A stretch of DNA of 64,000 nucleotides, from the NCBI GenBank assembly GCA_009914755.4, contig CP068257.2:17344001-17408000 (forward strand), read 5' to 3'. Both the position numbers and the translations under genes were made by a program. Origin of the DNA: the human T2T-CHM13v2.0 reference genome, Homo sapiens. Below, in pieces: positions 40,772 to 56,817 of this stretch; the stretch's first letter is position 1, and every line of letters begins with the position of its first letter. The notes below the pieces were generated by a model that was given only the letters and a program-made list of their open reading frames with translations, was not told the DNA's origin and did no database searches.

Positions 40772-43700
40772 TTAACTGAATTTACATTTTTAAAGAAAGT
40801 TGATAAGGAATATATAACTTGCAAAAATGTTTATTGCCATTTATATTCCACCATAAGGGCCACAATGAGACACAACAGTCATAAGATACAGATCTAGTGA
40901 GGAAGCGTCAGAAGCTATTTTAGAGTTTATAGTTATATTGAGCAAACTATAAGCAAACGTCATGGTGTAATTCACCTGCCACTGCTAGCTTTACAGTTGC
41001 TTAACACTGTGAAGCTGAAGTTTCTTATATAGAAAAACTGAATGTTCTAAAAATTAATTTGGCTTATTTTAAATTCCAAGGTTTCTTGTGTACACATTGA
41101 AGGTACATTACTAATATTTTTAAATACGTTGGCTCAAACAACAAAAGAAGTTTGCAAAGAATTAATATGCAGTTTTACATCAGTGCCTTTGAAGACTGCA
41201 GGTAGAATAAAAGTTAAGTTAGTGCCAAAAGTCATTTGATTTTAAGTACAATTTATGTCATCGAGTAAAATTTGTCAAAGTATTAATATATGCTTCTGAA
41301 AGAAAATACCTGATATTATTCTGAATGCTATTCTAAATATAGCTAAGAAATTAGTTGTTGGAAAATAATATTGTTTTTATTATGGTAATACTAATAAAAG
41401 TTTTGATGGAAAACAACCTGTGGTAAAAAGAATATCCTTGTTGATACATTCAAGAAGACAGTAAGAAACACACATAACTCATGGTTGCATCTAATGAAGC
41501 TGCGATAATCTACTAAATGAAATAGAGATTACGAACAACAAAAGTTTAAAAGATAATGTACTCTTTTCTATGTAGATAGTTTATATATTATGTATATAAA
41601 GTTTAAAAAATTAAATATATGCTTGCATAAGTTTAAAAAGACATATCTTTTAAAAATATATGAATATTTATATATGTTTACATATATTTTTAAATAAAGT
41701 ACATATCTTGTAATTAAGCAGAGGATAAACATAAAAATAAATCCTTCATTATGGCACCTCTGATTTGGATGATAAATAATATGGGAATTCATTTTAGAGA
41801 GGCGAATATCGTTACCAAATATTAATTTCATTATGTTTTATTTATTTATTTGTCTGTGGTTTTTTTAGTGCTGATTGCCAGATTAGAAGTTGATTGGATT
41901 CAATGCTTTATCCCGGCGAGTTAAAATCCAAATATCTATACATCCCAGGTTTCAATCCTTCTGGTAATTTGTCTCTTCTAAACTCCTGCTATTTGAATTA
42001 AAATATCTTAACTGCTCTCCATAGTCTGATCTTTGACAGACTAACAAATGCCGTGCTCTTAAATTATTCCTGGCACACAGCTTCTGCGACCTCCCTCATG
42101 CTCAACCCAATCTTCACTTCAGGTCACCCTTATAGAGTCCACCACAAAATTAGGATGGATGTCTACTTGAAAAAATTGAACATCACATAGAGTGGCAAGA
42201 TGAAGAAAGATGCCAGGTAGCAAATGGCATGTGTTTAACACAGTCATGTGCAAATAGCAGGTGTTCGGCGAATGCTCACAGAATAAATGAAAGGCTGAAT
42301 CTGAAGCACTAACTGGAAATTGAGAAATTATTATTCCAAATAATAGGGATGTCAGTGTGTTTAAAGACATATGTAATATCATTCAAAAGCAAATATATTC
42401 CACATAGACACATTCTTATTTTGATCTTCATAAAGTGCCCTACATCATTTTATGTGATTCTCTAATACATTTATTACCTTTCTGGTTATTTATGTGGCTC
42501 ACTTTCTTGTTATTTTCCTGGCTAAAATACATTTAAAGCTTAAAATATAGCATTTCTAGTGATCATTGCATGATCACTTCTGTTTTTTACACTGCATTTT
42601 CAAGCAGCTCTTAGCATACACTATAAAAATACTCACATTTCAAGTATTTCTAATGGAGTTTATCTTAAGTATAGCAGTTCCCCTCTTGAGGATTATAACA
42701 CTAAGTGATTTAATTAAACTGATCAAATTAAAGTGAATGGTGGCATAAGCCCTAGAGTGACATATATTTCAGTTGTGAAAACAGCCACTGGAGTGCTTTA
42801 CTTACACTCTCCATTTGACATACTTTCAGATCTTACTTTCTAATAGAGTATTCAACTATACCAAATAAAAGGAATGCTGACAATTTGAACTATTTTTGTT
42901 AATTTAATATGTATTTCTTTATTGCTAAATGAATTTATTTATAATTATTGTTCTATTGCCCTAAGTTACAACATTTATACGTTGAATACCTAAATGCATA
43001 CATGACTTTAAAAAGTTGAGAAAAAATTTCCAAGTGCTGAAGATGATGTATTTTGTTTAGTTTCAAGTATATTGTGAAGGAACATATCTACTTAAGAGAT
43101 ATGTTAATGTCCATTGGATGCTTGGGAGAGAATGTCTAGATCTTGCTGTAAAATATATTAAGTGATGATAAAATAATTGGTTACCTTCCAAATCTTAAAC
43201 ATATCAAAGGCATTAGAGCTCGGACTTTATTCTCTTCCCAATTTTTTGAGATTGAAATTGGTGCAGATGCTGTTATCTTGCCTGTGTTTAATATTTAATT
43301 TAGTTTTTTTCCTTAAAGTTTGAATATGTAATATTTGAGAAAACACATGATTCATACAACTGTGAAATAATTCTATCTTTTATAGTAAGTATTTAAACAA
43401 GCTGCACTATTAACTTTTCCATAAATGTAAACCACGTTTTTTGCATTGGATCTTCATATTACAGTCTTCTACCTATATTGTGTGTACTGAGTATATAAAT
43501 TATAAGCAGTATAAATATCATTTCTAATATCTATAACTTTCACGGAAATTGTACTAGGCTGCAGATAGGAAGACTGCTTTTATTTTCTGGCTTAGCTTCA
43601 AGAACTAAATGCCTGTATAACTAGAAAAAGTCGTTATGCTTTCTTTTCTCAATTTCTTCATATATTGAACTAGGAGAGTAAGGGCAGGAAGGATGCATTA

Positions 43701-44580
43701 AAAAAACGCAAACAGGGAGGACAATGACCACCAAGCACCCTAGAAAATGACAGAGGAGGAAATAAAATAACAAAAATTAAAGTAAATATCTGAATTATGA
43801 CATAGTATTACAGTGAATGTTGATGCTGATGAAGCTATTGTTATGAATTTTGCAGATTATTTACAAAACATTTGCATTCATTCTCTACTACTTTTTCATA
43901 GATGTCTATGACATAACCAAAGAAGAAATGTATTAACCTCATTTTAGAAAGGGGGATAATATCAGTTTGAAAAGTGAAACCACATATTAAGTTGTAAGCT
44001 AGAGATTGGATAACAGATTTTTATAGTACAAAGGCTGTTTGAATTGCTCATTCTCGTTATCTGATTAATCCGGTATAATTGAAGATCATCTGGTTTATTC
44101 ACATAAGCAGAGGATAGTCTTTCTCTGTGTGCATGGCTGAAGAACTTCAACCTGCCTGTGATGTAAATGCCAGGTGAGTCTTGTAGATGCTGGGGTGATG
44201 AATGTGTGAGGTACCCTACCTACAGCAGAGGTAAGAAAAAACTTCTGAGACAACAAAGTAACTGTCATTCCAGCACCTGAAAGACAGGAGCAATGTTTGA
44301 AGTGATGGGCCACATATTAGGTTAGATAGGAAATAAATTGGTTTCTAAAAGTAGTAAATAGACCAAAAGTGAAGGAAGAGACAGAAGACTTGGAAATTCC
44401 AATGAAATTATAAAGTAGTTATAGTGAAAATAGCAGAAAGAAAAAATTGGAAAGATATGATTACTAGCAAATAATGGGATATTGATCTTTAGGAATGATC
44501 ACTATATGGGCACACCCATCCACAGAACAAAGTGATTGCTTCACCCCATGATGTGAGAAAAATTGCAGTGGGTGCTTTAT

Positions 44581-44640
44581 TTTTCTTTCTTTCTTTTTCT
44601 TTTTTCTTTTTCGTTTTTTTGATTGTGTGTGTGTGCGTGC
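44581..44640. repeat. (TTTC)n-like pyrimidine run followed by (GT)n.
   Basis: Reads tttttctttctttctttttcttttttctttttcgtttttttgattgtgtgtgtgtgcgtgcatg. Confidence 0.7.
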
Positions 44641-47600
44641 ATGTCTTAATAGCAGGTGGTGTATTTTTAAGTTATTTGTAAAAGCTATGTGAAAGCAGCA
44701 TTTATGTGAAATTGGTAAATATACATAATGTGAGATAGGTTGGTAAGAAACTGAAATCTTTAAATTGCAGCACCCTCTTCCATCCAGCCAAGGTAGAAAT
44801 TTCTACTTCCATGCACTCAATTACTATGTCTTCCAGATTTTGATTTGTAAACATTTCCAGAATCTGTTCACTTTTCTCAATTCCGGAGTAAACTACCACG
44901 ATCTCTCACTGAGATAATCACCTTTCTACCTGGCTTAACTGCCTGTAATCTTGCCCTCTTCCATTTACATGTTCCATATGCAGGAAAGGTCTTCATCCAA
45001 AAATGAGAGAGTAAGTTTGATATATCACTATATTGTTCAAAAATTTTATTCACCCATTTTCTTTAATATAAAAGCATGCACTCTTCCACGTGGATTTACA
45101 AGGCCCTCCATATTAGCCTGTATCATCACCCTCTTCTAACTATTGCCTTCCTTACATTCTTTACTAGACTGTGAACCTTCCAGTTTCTTGAATATGCCAT
45201 ACTCTCACTTACCTCACAATATGCTCATATGCATGAACAATATGCTCCTGTGCATGGAACTTTTTTTAATGATATGCTCCCTGTAAACCTTAAAATACCT
45301 AAGCTTCCTCACAGAACTCTTCCCTGGATGCTGGACTAACTTAATTACAGTAATTTATTTTCCCACAAGGTGTTGTATATTTCCTTTTATAAACCCCATC
45401 AGAAATTTTTGACTTAACACTTCTATCAAATATATTGTTAATTTTTTGCATATTTAAACTATGTTGTCTTTTTTTGTTATCATTGTCAAGTTGTCATATT
45501 AGAATTTCAGTATCTTTATAAACTTGTTTTAAACTCCGGAAACAGCACAAAACTATATCCACTGGATATATTTCCCTAATCTCTTGAGACACTAGGAAAC
45601 CACGGAGCTGAGATTCATGCTAATGTTAATGTGTCATCATGAGCAATGTTCTTTCCATAACAGTGTGTTGTTTCCCAACCCAAAGCATTTAAAGAAAGAT
45701 AAAAAGAAAACAGATAAGCAGGAACACCTTCTCAACATAGAAATTATAGGGGACAATGAAGACTTGGTCTTGTATAACTACATGCCTTGCTTCCAAAGTT
45801 CTTATGATGAATGTAGCTGTCCACTCAATGACAAAATATTCAAACTTAAGTCTTTTCTTTCAGGTTTTGCTATCTTTTTTAGGCTCTTTTTTTTTTCCAT
45901 GTCAGATGTTTTAGGATGTTTAAATAAAAGAGAAAGATATCTGAAAAGTCTTGAAGTACAATATAATTAATGAAGTCCTTAATGAGTTAAGTTTTTACAA
46001 CTGTGGATTCCTGCGACACCCTATTGAAATACCCAATTAAAAGATAATTAGGATAAATTATGGTGAGAAAGGAGATAACCTTACATCTTCAAGTAAAGAC
46101 CTTCTTGCTTCACATAAAACTTTCAGGGTGACTCTTACAGCTTCTTCCAAAGAACAGAAATTAAGTACAAGGATGAGATCCATTTTAATATTAACAAATT
46201 TAATTTAAAATACACCATTTTAAAACTAATGTGATTAGAAATATATTTTACAAGGTTATATGTTAATAAAATTTCTTGAAATGAAGTAGAAGTTATCTGT
46301 CACGTGTTTTCTCAGTATTCACACGAACAATTCATTACAATTTTATAGTAGTCATAGCTGATGCATTCACTCATTTATGTATTGGGTGTCAGCTATGAAC
46401 CATGGCAAGACCAAGACCTCTGTGCACAATATAAATTTAAATTTGGTCTTTTTTAAAAATACATATGTATCAAAATTTTTCTCATTTCTTTTCTAACCAT
46501 TTTTAACAAGACCACACTGTGGGAATAAATTATCTAAATATAACTAGCCATGAGAGACATCAGTTATTTGGAATTGTGTTAGATATAATTTTTTAAATTC
46601 TTAATTACATCAACCGCTAAGTAAAACTCCAATATGAATTTTAGTAGCTGAAATTATTAATAGCACACTTCTAAATCATTAAAAACAAGGAAAGAAATGT
46701 ATCTTTGTATAATATATTCATGCCTACAAATTTATGATGTCTTATATTCATTCATAATAAATAATCAGGCAAATCAAATAAAATAAGTTTAGGCCTGAGT
46801 ATATTCATATGTGCTTATGTATATATGTGTTTTTATATGTATATGTGTATATATGTGTGTTTTTGTAAATGTATGCATTTATATTCAGTATGTAATAATA
46901 AATCCAGATGATTTACATTCAAATCCTGGCTCATTTACTATCTTAGTGACTTTACACAAGTTGCTGACATGCTTTGTTCTCATTTCTCTTTAAAATAAAA
47001 ATAATACTAATTCTTACCCGGGAGAGTTGTTGTAACAATTAAATGAATAGATATATTAAAGTAATTAGAATAATGTCTGGTACACAGCAAGCATTCTAAA
47101 TATTGGCAATTATATTGTGTGTATTTTACTATGGCTGGACATGTGTTCACACCCAATGGTGACAGGGAGATGGAGAAGGAATGCTTTTTATAGATCTGAA
47201 ATTCTCAAGTCTTTATGATATTGAGAAAAAATATCCCCAGGTATCATCCAAAGTTTTGTCTTAAGTTATTTAATAAACTGGCTTGTTTTAAGTAGAATTT
47301 GTGTCCAAAATCAATCATAATCAAAATTAGGAATTTTAGGAAATTTGATTGTTTTACAAAACAGATTTCATAGATGTTTATATATAAGATGGTGTGCCAG
47401 ATCAACTGCTACTTGCTTTTTCTCCCCCCACTTTCATGTTCTTTTCTACTGACTGAGAGACTTTTTCTTGTAACTGAAATTTTAAAATCATCTTTAGATT
47501 ATTATAATCCTCAATCAATTTGTCTCTGAAATTCTGTTGGAAAGTCTTATTTACTCTCTGGTAGTTGTACTCATCTTCTTCCATTGTTGTCACATTTTTA

Positions 47601-49077
47601 GCTAGGCATATGGCCATCGATAATAAATATTTTTTTTTCCCAACCTTCCTTGCATCCAGGCATATCCATATTACTAGCTCAGGCCAATAATATGTAAATG
47701 GTCATCTGGCATCTGGCCATCTGGCAGCACTTGAGAGATGCTCTAATGAGTGAGTTGAGACATATTCTTCACAGTCCTTTTCATCTCCTCATCTTTCTTG
47801 CTTCCAGAAGAACATATATGAGAGCTGTCAGCACAGACTATTGAGGCTGAGAGCCACAGAGTAATTAAGTGTGTGAAGTGTCTTACTGTAGGCAAAGTGC
47901 TAGATAAAATGAAAAAAAAAATAGCAGAGCATATTTTACCTAGTCTAGGAGCTGATTGATCTCTTAGCCAAGGAAATTATTTTAGCTAAGGAAAGAAAAA
48001 TCAATATTAGCCTTGTGGTATTTACTCTGCCTGTTGTCTCTGCTGGAATGCTTTTCTTCCAAATATTCTCATGGCTAACTCCTTCACGTATTTTTAAATT
48101 ATAACCTAAGACACTCTAGTACTCCTGTTTCCTTTAACTAGTCCTACTCTGCCCCTTTCTTATTGTACTTATTACCTTCTAAAACATTATTTAATTTATT
48201 TATGTGTCATGATTATTGCACCTATCCCATTGAGATCTAAGTTCCGTGAGGTAAGATTTTTCTTTCTTTTGTTCATTGATGTGTTTCACATGCCTAGCAC
48301 AGGATATAAGACAGAAGCTTCAATTAATAGTTTTTAAAAGGGAGGGAAAGTAGTCAATCTCGATAGAGAAATATGTGTATAAAGACAACGAGTTAAAAAT
48401 ATTTTACAAGGACATATAATTAATCCTAGAATGGCTGCAACATACAAAGAAAATAGAAGAGCAATATGAGCTGAAACTTGAGATATTGGGAAGTTCAAAT
48501 AATGGAGAAATTTCTAGGTCTTCGCAAGATTCAGGGCTTTTAAGTAACATTAAAAGCCAATGGGGGAAGAATAATGTTTGGACTATTGGCGTGAAAACAA
48601 CTGAATTGATAAATAGGATTTACTTAATAAGGAGAGAACTGTAGACAATGGATAAGTATGCATGGTGGTAAAGAAGAGTTCAATTCAACTGTGGACTGGC
48701 TCAGCTACAGTGTGAAACTGCAGGTGTCAAGGGAGTAGGGGTGCAAAAAGGCCAGAAGTAGAGGTAGTTATCAGAGAATAGAATGTATGAACTAATGATT
48801 TCGGTAACTTCAAATTTCAAGTGATGGCATTGTCCAGGGTTTGGCTCTGGAATGGGGAATGTGGCTGAAGTGAAGGGAAGGAATTTGTGGGAGGGAAGCG
48901 CCAGTGGGAAGTCAAAGAAGTGGGAGATGACTGTGTAAGCTGAATCTTGGGCATTTAAGTAACACACTATTTTTAAGGAAATGACTGGTACAGGCAATAA
49001 AGACCCAATACATTAAATAAATAGGGGGAAAAGTGGCCTTATTCAAAGTCTCTGAGTGGATATGAAAAACAAAATAC

Positions 49078-49350
49078 ATCAAGCCTGTAGTCCCAGCACT
49101 TTGGGAGACTGAGACGGGTAGATCACCTGAGGTCAGGAGTTCAAGACCAGCATGGGCAACATGGCAAAATTCTGTCTCTACTAAAAATACAAAATTAGCC
49201 AGGTGTGGTGGCCGGTGCCTGTAATCCAGCTGCTTGGGAGACTGAGGCAGGAGAATCGTTGAACCACAGAGGCAGAGGTTGCAGTGAGCCAAGATCACAC
49301 TACTGCACTCCAGCCTAGAGGACAAGAGAGAAACTCCATCTGAAAAAAAA
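49078..49350 (+). mobile_element. Alu in plus orientation, 5'-truncated by about 10 bp.
   Basis: The sequence atcaagcctgtagtcccagcactttgggagactgagacgggtagatcacctgaggtcaggagttcaagaccagc...cactccagcctagaggacaagagagaaactccatctgaaaaaaaaa matches Alu. Confidence 0.9.
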
Positions 49351-51011
49351 ATAAAGATGTTTGAAAAGATCAGTTTTAGGGGAAAAACAAAACAAAAACA
49401 AAAAACAAAAAAAACGCACACAGAAAATAGAATGAAAACCTGAAAACAGTTTTATAATTTGAAGAAAATTACAATCCATCACATTTTATGAAACAAGATA
49501 TCAATAGTAGGTTACTGGAACAATCCAGTGAGATGGAAAAGGAACTTGTGAATGCCACAGAAGTACATTTAGGAAAGAAAATGCCATACTGAACAAGAAC
49601 AGGCAGAATCATCAGGAGAGAAAAGTAATCACCGACAAGAAGAAGATTGATAATTTTTACCACAGAATTTTAACATTGCCATTGTCTCCACTTTCCAGAG
49701 GAAGAAACCAAAGTCCAAACAAGAAAAGGAGTGAACAGCAAGTAAATCACAGAGCTCTCCTTCTTACCTGGCTAAGTATCCATTTTTAATTCAAGTAAAG
49801 TAGCCTTAAGCTTCCCTGTTAAATCACGCGGTTTGGTGTTCATGCTTCTCTTAATTAGTAACATTCTCTAGGGATTATGGTGAGAATGCAATAAACTAAA
49901 ATATGCGAAGCACTTAGAAAGCGACTCACATAGCAGTCAGTGATAAATGATAGTGGATATTATCATTTTTGTTGCCATTAATTTACTACTATTGTTATTA
50001 GTGAGTCTCTGTTAAAAACTCTCTCTTAAAAACCCAGTTTATAATCAGTAAAATGAGAAAACAATGCATATTTTTGGTAAATGAGGGAATAAAGCCCACC
50101 TTGAAAAATCGTAGTAAAGATTAAGTGTGATAATGGATGAGAATGTTCTGAAAAGCACTTAACTTGGGAGGTTGAACTACTTGGTAAAATGTTTGAATCT
50201 CATGCAGTTGAATGTATGCTCTCCTTAGAATAATATTTCTGGATTCTTCACTATGTAGTCTACACCTCTCTATTCTGTTGTAAAATACAATTCCAAGGCT
50301 TGAATACAATATTTCAGAAGCTGCTGGCATGGACATTGCTTGCGCTTGATCTCATCTCTATTTCCTACTGCAGTTTCACACTACATTTAGCAGCCACAGC
50401 ATTTTGGTTTCATATTGAAGTCATGCTCAATTAAAACTACCTGGTCTCTTTTTTTTTTTCTCATAAACGTTTTGTCTCTCTTTTCCTCTGCCTGATGTTT
50501 GCTAAGACTATTACAAAGGAAATCTTACAGAAGCTTGTACTGAAACATACTGGACAAATTATTTTCACTACATAAAGTAAATTGATGATACGTGAGGTGT
50601 GTACTTGTTTTTGACCAGAGTTAACACCAGGTTGAAATGTAGACTCTGCTTATCTTTGGTGATTCCTATTCTGTGTTCATTCCTAATACTCCATCGACAA
50701 AGCTAAGTCATTTCTCACTTGCAGCTGTTAAGGCCATGTGGCTACCTTTCTGATTCTTTTCCATGGACTCATCTTTACCTTCACTGGAAGAAACATCTCA
50801 TACTAAATTGTATACTTAAAAATAACATTAGAAACTGTACATCTAAAAGCATCTTACGAATGGAAAGAATATGTTTTCCTTAAAGTGACTTCATAGAAGG
50901 ATTTAGGTTATTAGTAAATTAACTCTTTTTATTATTAGAAAATGAAAATATATACTGTGGAAGCATTACGGTGAGTGCTGCAGTATCCATACTCAGACAT
51001 CTAGGTTTTAA

Positions 51012-51402
<391 letters not shown>

Positions 51403-52167
51403 TAAAATTCTTATGATAAATAAATGATACAAATATCCAAAAGTGTTTATGAGTGTGCTTAATAAACACTAAATAATGTTGGTTATCATTATAAAATTTA
51501 TATAATTATTAGTGTCTGAAGTATTATGCATGCCATAGTTTTATGTGACTCAAATATTATTATTTTCTTCTTAATATCACTAATTTAATATTGAAGGAGA
51601 AGTTTTAGTAATATTTTTACTGGCAATTTTTAAAATAAGTAAGTTCTTTTGAATGCTCTGTAGAGTTATGGAAAGTAGCATTGCACACTCTAAGGAATAT
51701 TTGTAATTTCTAGGTCAGAAAGAAATTAAGGGAGGGCTTAGTGCCCACAGTTGTCCTTACATAACTTCTCTGTCTTCTCAACAGCTTTGATCAGTCACGC
51801 ATCAATTTGCCTTTGAAGGAAGAGGAAAGAGTTTGCATTTTACAATGAGAACATATCAGCACTTATATTTAATTTACAAAGTGAAGCTTTAAATATTTTT
51901 AAATGAAACTGAGAGTAATCTGATTGAAAAAGCATCTTCTGACATTTCACTTTCTGCAAATGCACATTCATCGTGGTGATGGATGGCTTGCTTGAAATGA
52001 TAACTAATTTGGATTTCAGTTGGAAAGAATACTGCTAACTCCACTAAAAGTATCACTTATATGTTCTCTATTCCTCTTCTCTCATTTCTTTATACATTAC
52101 AAAATACATAACATTTTCTGACCAGAAACTAGCATTGCTTAGACAAAAAAATTCAATTATAACATAA

Positions 52168-52508
<341 letters not shown>

Positions 52509-52766
52509 AGTTTTCTTGATTGTGGTATTTGAGTGTACACTAGAAGGGTAATAGGCAAATTTATATCCCAGTCATTTTGTGAGGGAATTTCAAAGCTTCC
52601 CTGTTATTTTCAGCTTGAAATTTGTTCCTCACATCTAAAGTAAGAAGAACATAAAATATATTTTCCCTGGTGAAAACTTTCCCCATTCTGAGTTTCAGTG
52701 AACATTGATGTCCTCAGTAGAGGCTCAATAAATACAATTAGGATGAAAGAAATCTGAACATGATAG

Positions 52767-53158
<392 letters not shown>

Positions 53159-54447
53159 TTTTTTTGTTCTTATCTTTCCTTTTCTTTTTTAAACAGCAAG
53201 GCCTACTGCCTTTTCTCCTAGTGTTTTGACTTTATTTAGTTTTGATTTATTTTATTAGGGATATAAGTGTAAGTAATTCTACAATCTCTAGAATGTATAT
53301 GATACATAGTATTTTTATAGTTGATGTCTAGAGTCTACTTTCTTGCAGTGGTTTCAGCCCAGTGAATGTAGGTTACTGTCATTACAGACTCATGGCATTT
53401 ATGCTAAGACACAGAAGGTGTAACATGTATACATTACTACATGGCAAGTATAATGAATGATATTGGTACCTGTCCCACTCCCCGTCTCCCAGCTGCTGTA
53501 AGAGTTGACTGATAACAGCTCACAGATTCTCCCTTGTATGAAGGGTTGCCCTTGGCCAGATTGGAGATACTTGACCAGAAAACTACAGCTTCCCGAAAAC
53601 CCTCCTGTAGACCTGCTTTGCATTGGAATACGAGACTGTTCTCTTGCCTCCAGGTGGGACTGTCTTATCTCTCAGGTGCTGGTGAGATCCCAAGACTACA
53701 CCATTGTTTAGCATTCTTATATTCTTCATAGCTGTGTCCCTCACATCTCTTCTGCTGAGAGTACTCCATCAGTAAGACATTGAACAAAATTCCTTATCTC
53801 AGGTCAGCCTCTACAAAACCCAACCTGAGCTAGCAAGTGACACATCCTGAGTTCTGATCATGGAAATATATTCTACTTAGGTTCACCATCTTTCTAACTT
53901 TTTACATTTTATTTTTATTTACAATCACATATTCATGCAGAATGTTATACTAAATTCATACTCATATTCTCATTGAATGTTAAATTAAAATCACAATATT
54001 TTTAAAAGATAATTTTTAAACTTCTTTACACATACAATTTATTTTCTCTGTCTCTGGCCACCACTCTAACACTCTAAAACAAACAAAATATCATGGAATA
54101 TTCTAAAAAATTAATTTCTGAAGCATTAATATAAATAACTTAATTAAAAAGAAAACATTTCTAAAACTTAAAATCTTTTTTTTTAATCATAGAAAGTGGG
54201 ACTAAAATAATGAAGAACATAGATCTCTAGTACTTATCTATCATAAAGGCATAGGCTTACAACACATTCTCCATATGTGGCATTTCTCCATTCCAAGTTT
54301 TACACTAGAACTCTAAATCCTAGAATTCAACTTGCATACCAAGAACCACACTATTGAGATGAGTTCCAAAATGGGTTTTGAGTAGATTTGAATCGAAGAT
54401 AATGGAGAAAGAGACAATCATTTTTACAGTGCAATATCAGCATTTTA

Positions 54448-54912
54448 AAAATTATTATTGTTTTTTAACTTTGATTTTAAGTTCAGGGGTGCATGTGCAG
54501 GTTTTTACATAGGTAAATTTGTTTCATGCAGGTTTGTTGTGCAGATTATTTCATCACCCAGGTATTAAGCCTCATCCCAATTAGTTATTTTTCCTGATCT
54601 TCTTCCTCCTTCCACCCTCCACCCTCCACCCTCCAAAAGACCCCAGTGTGTGTTATTCCCCTCTATATGTCCATGTGTTCTCATTTTGAAGCTCACTACT
54701 TATAAATGAGAACATGTAGTATTTGGTTTTCTGTTCCTGCATTAGTTTGCTAAGGATAAGGGCTTCCAGCTCCATCTATATTCCTGCAAATGGCATGATC
54801 TTATTCTTTTCTATCGCTGCATAGTATTCCATGGTTTTATGCCACATTTTCTTTATCCAGTCTATCATTGACGGGTATTTAGGTTGATTCAATGTCTTTG
54901 CTATTGTGAATT
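54448..54912 (-). mobile_element. 5'-truncated L1P 3' end in minus orientation, comprising 3'UTR and the distal end of ORF2, with a T-rich tail.
   Basis: The sequence tttaagttcaggggtgcatgtgcaggtttttacataggtaaatttgtttcatgcaggtttgttgtgcagattatttcatcacccaggtattaagcc...cccagtgtgtgttattcccctctatatgtccatgtgttctcattttgaagctcactacttataaatgagaacatgtagtatttggttttctgttcctgcattagtttgctaaggataagggcttccagctccatc...atagtattccatggttttatgccacattttctttatccagtctatcattgacgggtatttaggttgattcaatgtctttgctattgtgaat matches the antisense L1 3' end. Confidence 0.8.
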
Positions 54913-55190
54913 TATCTTAAGCATTAAGAAGGGACCTATCAGCTTCAGTATGACTTTGCATTTCTATGGTTACATATAGATCATGGCTGTCATATTGTAC
55001 TACTTTAAGATATTTAATTTAGAAAGAATACAACATGCAGCTTAGTGCATCTCTTATAAGTAATAGTGATCTTAGCCTGAGCTTTTCAGGTTCTAGAGCT
55101 TTGCAGGAAAAGGAGACTGGAAGGTTTTTGCAATATCACCTATGCACCATGAATTTTTTAAAAAATTATACATTTTTAATACACAAATCA

Positions 55191-55483
55191 TTTTTTTTTT
55201 GAGACGGAGTCACACTCTGTCACCCAGGCTGGAGTGCAGTGGCACAACCTTGGCTCACTGCAACTTCTGCCACTTGGGTTCAAGTGATTCTCTGGCTCAG
55301 TCTCTGGAGTAGCTGGGATTACAGGTGCCTGCCATCACACCAAGCTAATCTTTTTTTGGATTCTTAGTAGAGATGGGGTTTCACTATATTGGCCAGGGTC
55401 ATCTTGAATTCCTGACCTTGTGATCCACCCACCTCGGCCTCCCAGAGTGCTGGGATTACAGGCATGAGCCACCACACTCAGGC
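55191..55483 (-). mobile_element. Alu in minus orientation with the clean TSD acaaatcatttttt.
   Basis: The sequence (t)n gagacggagtcacactctgtcacccaggctggagtgcagtggcacaaccttggctcactgcaac...gcatgagccaccacactcaggc matches Alu. The TSD sits at 55182-55195 and 55484-55497. Confidence 0.95.
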
Positions 55484-55799
55484 ACAAATCATTTTTTATA
55501 TTTGAAAGAATATAGAATAGACAAATTGCAAACCCGAATTCTCAATCCAAATTTGTAAGATCTTGTACAAGTCAGCTTATATTTCTGATATTTAACTTTC
55601 TCGTTATAAAGTGAAGGACTTACTGTTAAATGTGCAGGAGAACACATGCATTTAAATTCATTTCCTCTCTTATCTCTACTAAAATGTCACTGAAAAAATT
55701 AACCCATACCCAAACTCCCTAACAAAAATGTAATTCCATGAAGACAAAGAGAATAGGAAAGGAGATGACCCTCTAGAAGGAATGTGATTTAAGTTTTGG

Positions 55800-56817
55800 T
55801 AGCCGGAACGCTGAGGCACAAGCAGTAAGGAAGTAGACACGAGAAAGCTGTAAATCAGGCTTGAGTGACAAAGGTGGTGAAGTCACCCCTGCAGCAAACT
55901 TGTACCTGGACATCCAGACGTTTCCATACATCATCTGAAATCTACATGGAGGTTCCCAAACCTCAATTCTTGACTTCTGTGCACCTGCAGGCTCAACACC
56001 ACATGGAAGGTGCTAATGGTTGGGGCTTGCACCCTCTAAAACCACTGCAAGAGCTGTACCTTGGTTGCTTTTAGCCATGGCTAGAGTGGCTAGGTTGCAG
56101 GGCACCAAGTCCCTAGGCAGCACACAGCAGAGGGGCCTTGGGCCTAGCCCATGAAACCGGTTTTTCCTCCTAGGCCTCCAGGCCTGTGATGGGGGGTGGC
56201 TGCCATAGAGGTCTCTGACCGTGCCCTGGAGACATTATTCCCCATTGTCTTGGCAAATCACATTTGGCTCCTCGTTCTGTATGCAAATTTCTCCAGTAGT
56301 CTCAAATTTCTTCCAGAAAATGGGTTTTTCTTTTCTATTGCCTCGTCAGGCTGCAAATTTTTTCAACTTTTATATTCTGTTTCCCTTTTAAAACTGAATT
56401 CTTTTAACAGCATCCAAGTCACCTCTTGAATGCTTTGCTGCTTATAAATTTCTTCCACCGGATATCCTATGTCATCTCCCTTAAGATCAAAACTCCACAA
56501 ATCTCTAGGGCAGGAGCAAAATGCCACCAATCTCTTTGCTAAAACAGCAAGAGTCACCTTTGCTTCAGTTCCCAACAAGTTCCTCATCTCCATCTGAGAC
56601 CACCTCTGCCTGGATTTCATTTTCTATGCCATTATCAGCGTTTTGGTCAAAGACATTCAACAAGCCTCTAGGAATTTCCAAACTTTCCTACATATCCCTG
56701 TCTTCTTCTCCACCCTCCAAACTGTTCCAATTTCTGTGTGTTACCCAGTTCCAAAATTGTTTCCACATTTTTGGGGTATTTTTGTAGCAGCACCCCACTG
56801 TACCAGTACCAATTTAC
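55800..56817 (-). mobile_element. Probable MaLR (THE1/MST) internal region in minus orientation, next to its 5' LTR at 56818-57152. The 5' boundary is uncertain.
   Basis: The sequence ...cttgaatgctttgctgcttataaatttcttccaccggatatcctatgtcatctcccttaagatcaaaactccacaaatctctagggcaggagcaaaatgccaccaatctctttgctaaaacagcaagagtcacctttgcttcagttcccaacaagttcctcatctccatctgagaccacctc...ccaaaattgtttccacatttttggggtatttttgtagcagcaccccactgtaccagtaccaatt resembles the antisense of MaLR-int as I remember it. Confidence 0.45.

Noticed and set aside
48912-49421. Longest ORF in the track (169 aa, minus strand).
   Set aside because: It reads through the antisense of the Alu at 49078-49350, giving the typical pseudo-peptide ...[29 protein letters not shown]..., and then through an A-rich tail. 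This is the well-known spurious Alu antisense ORF, not a gene.
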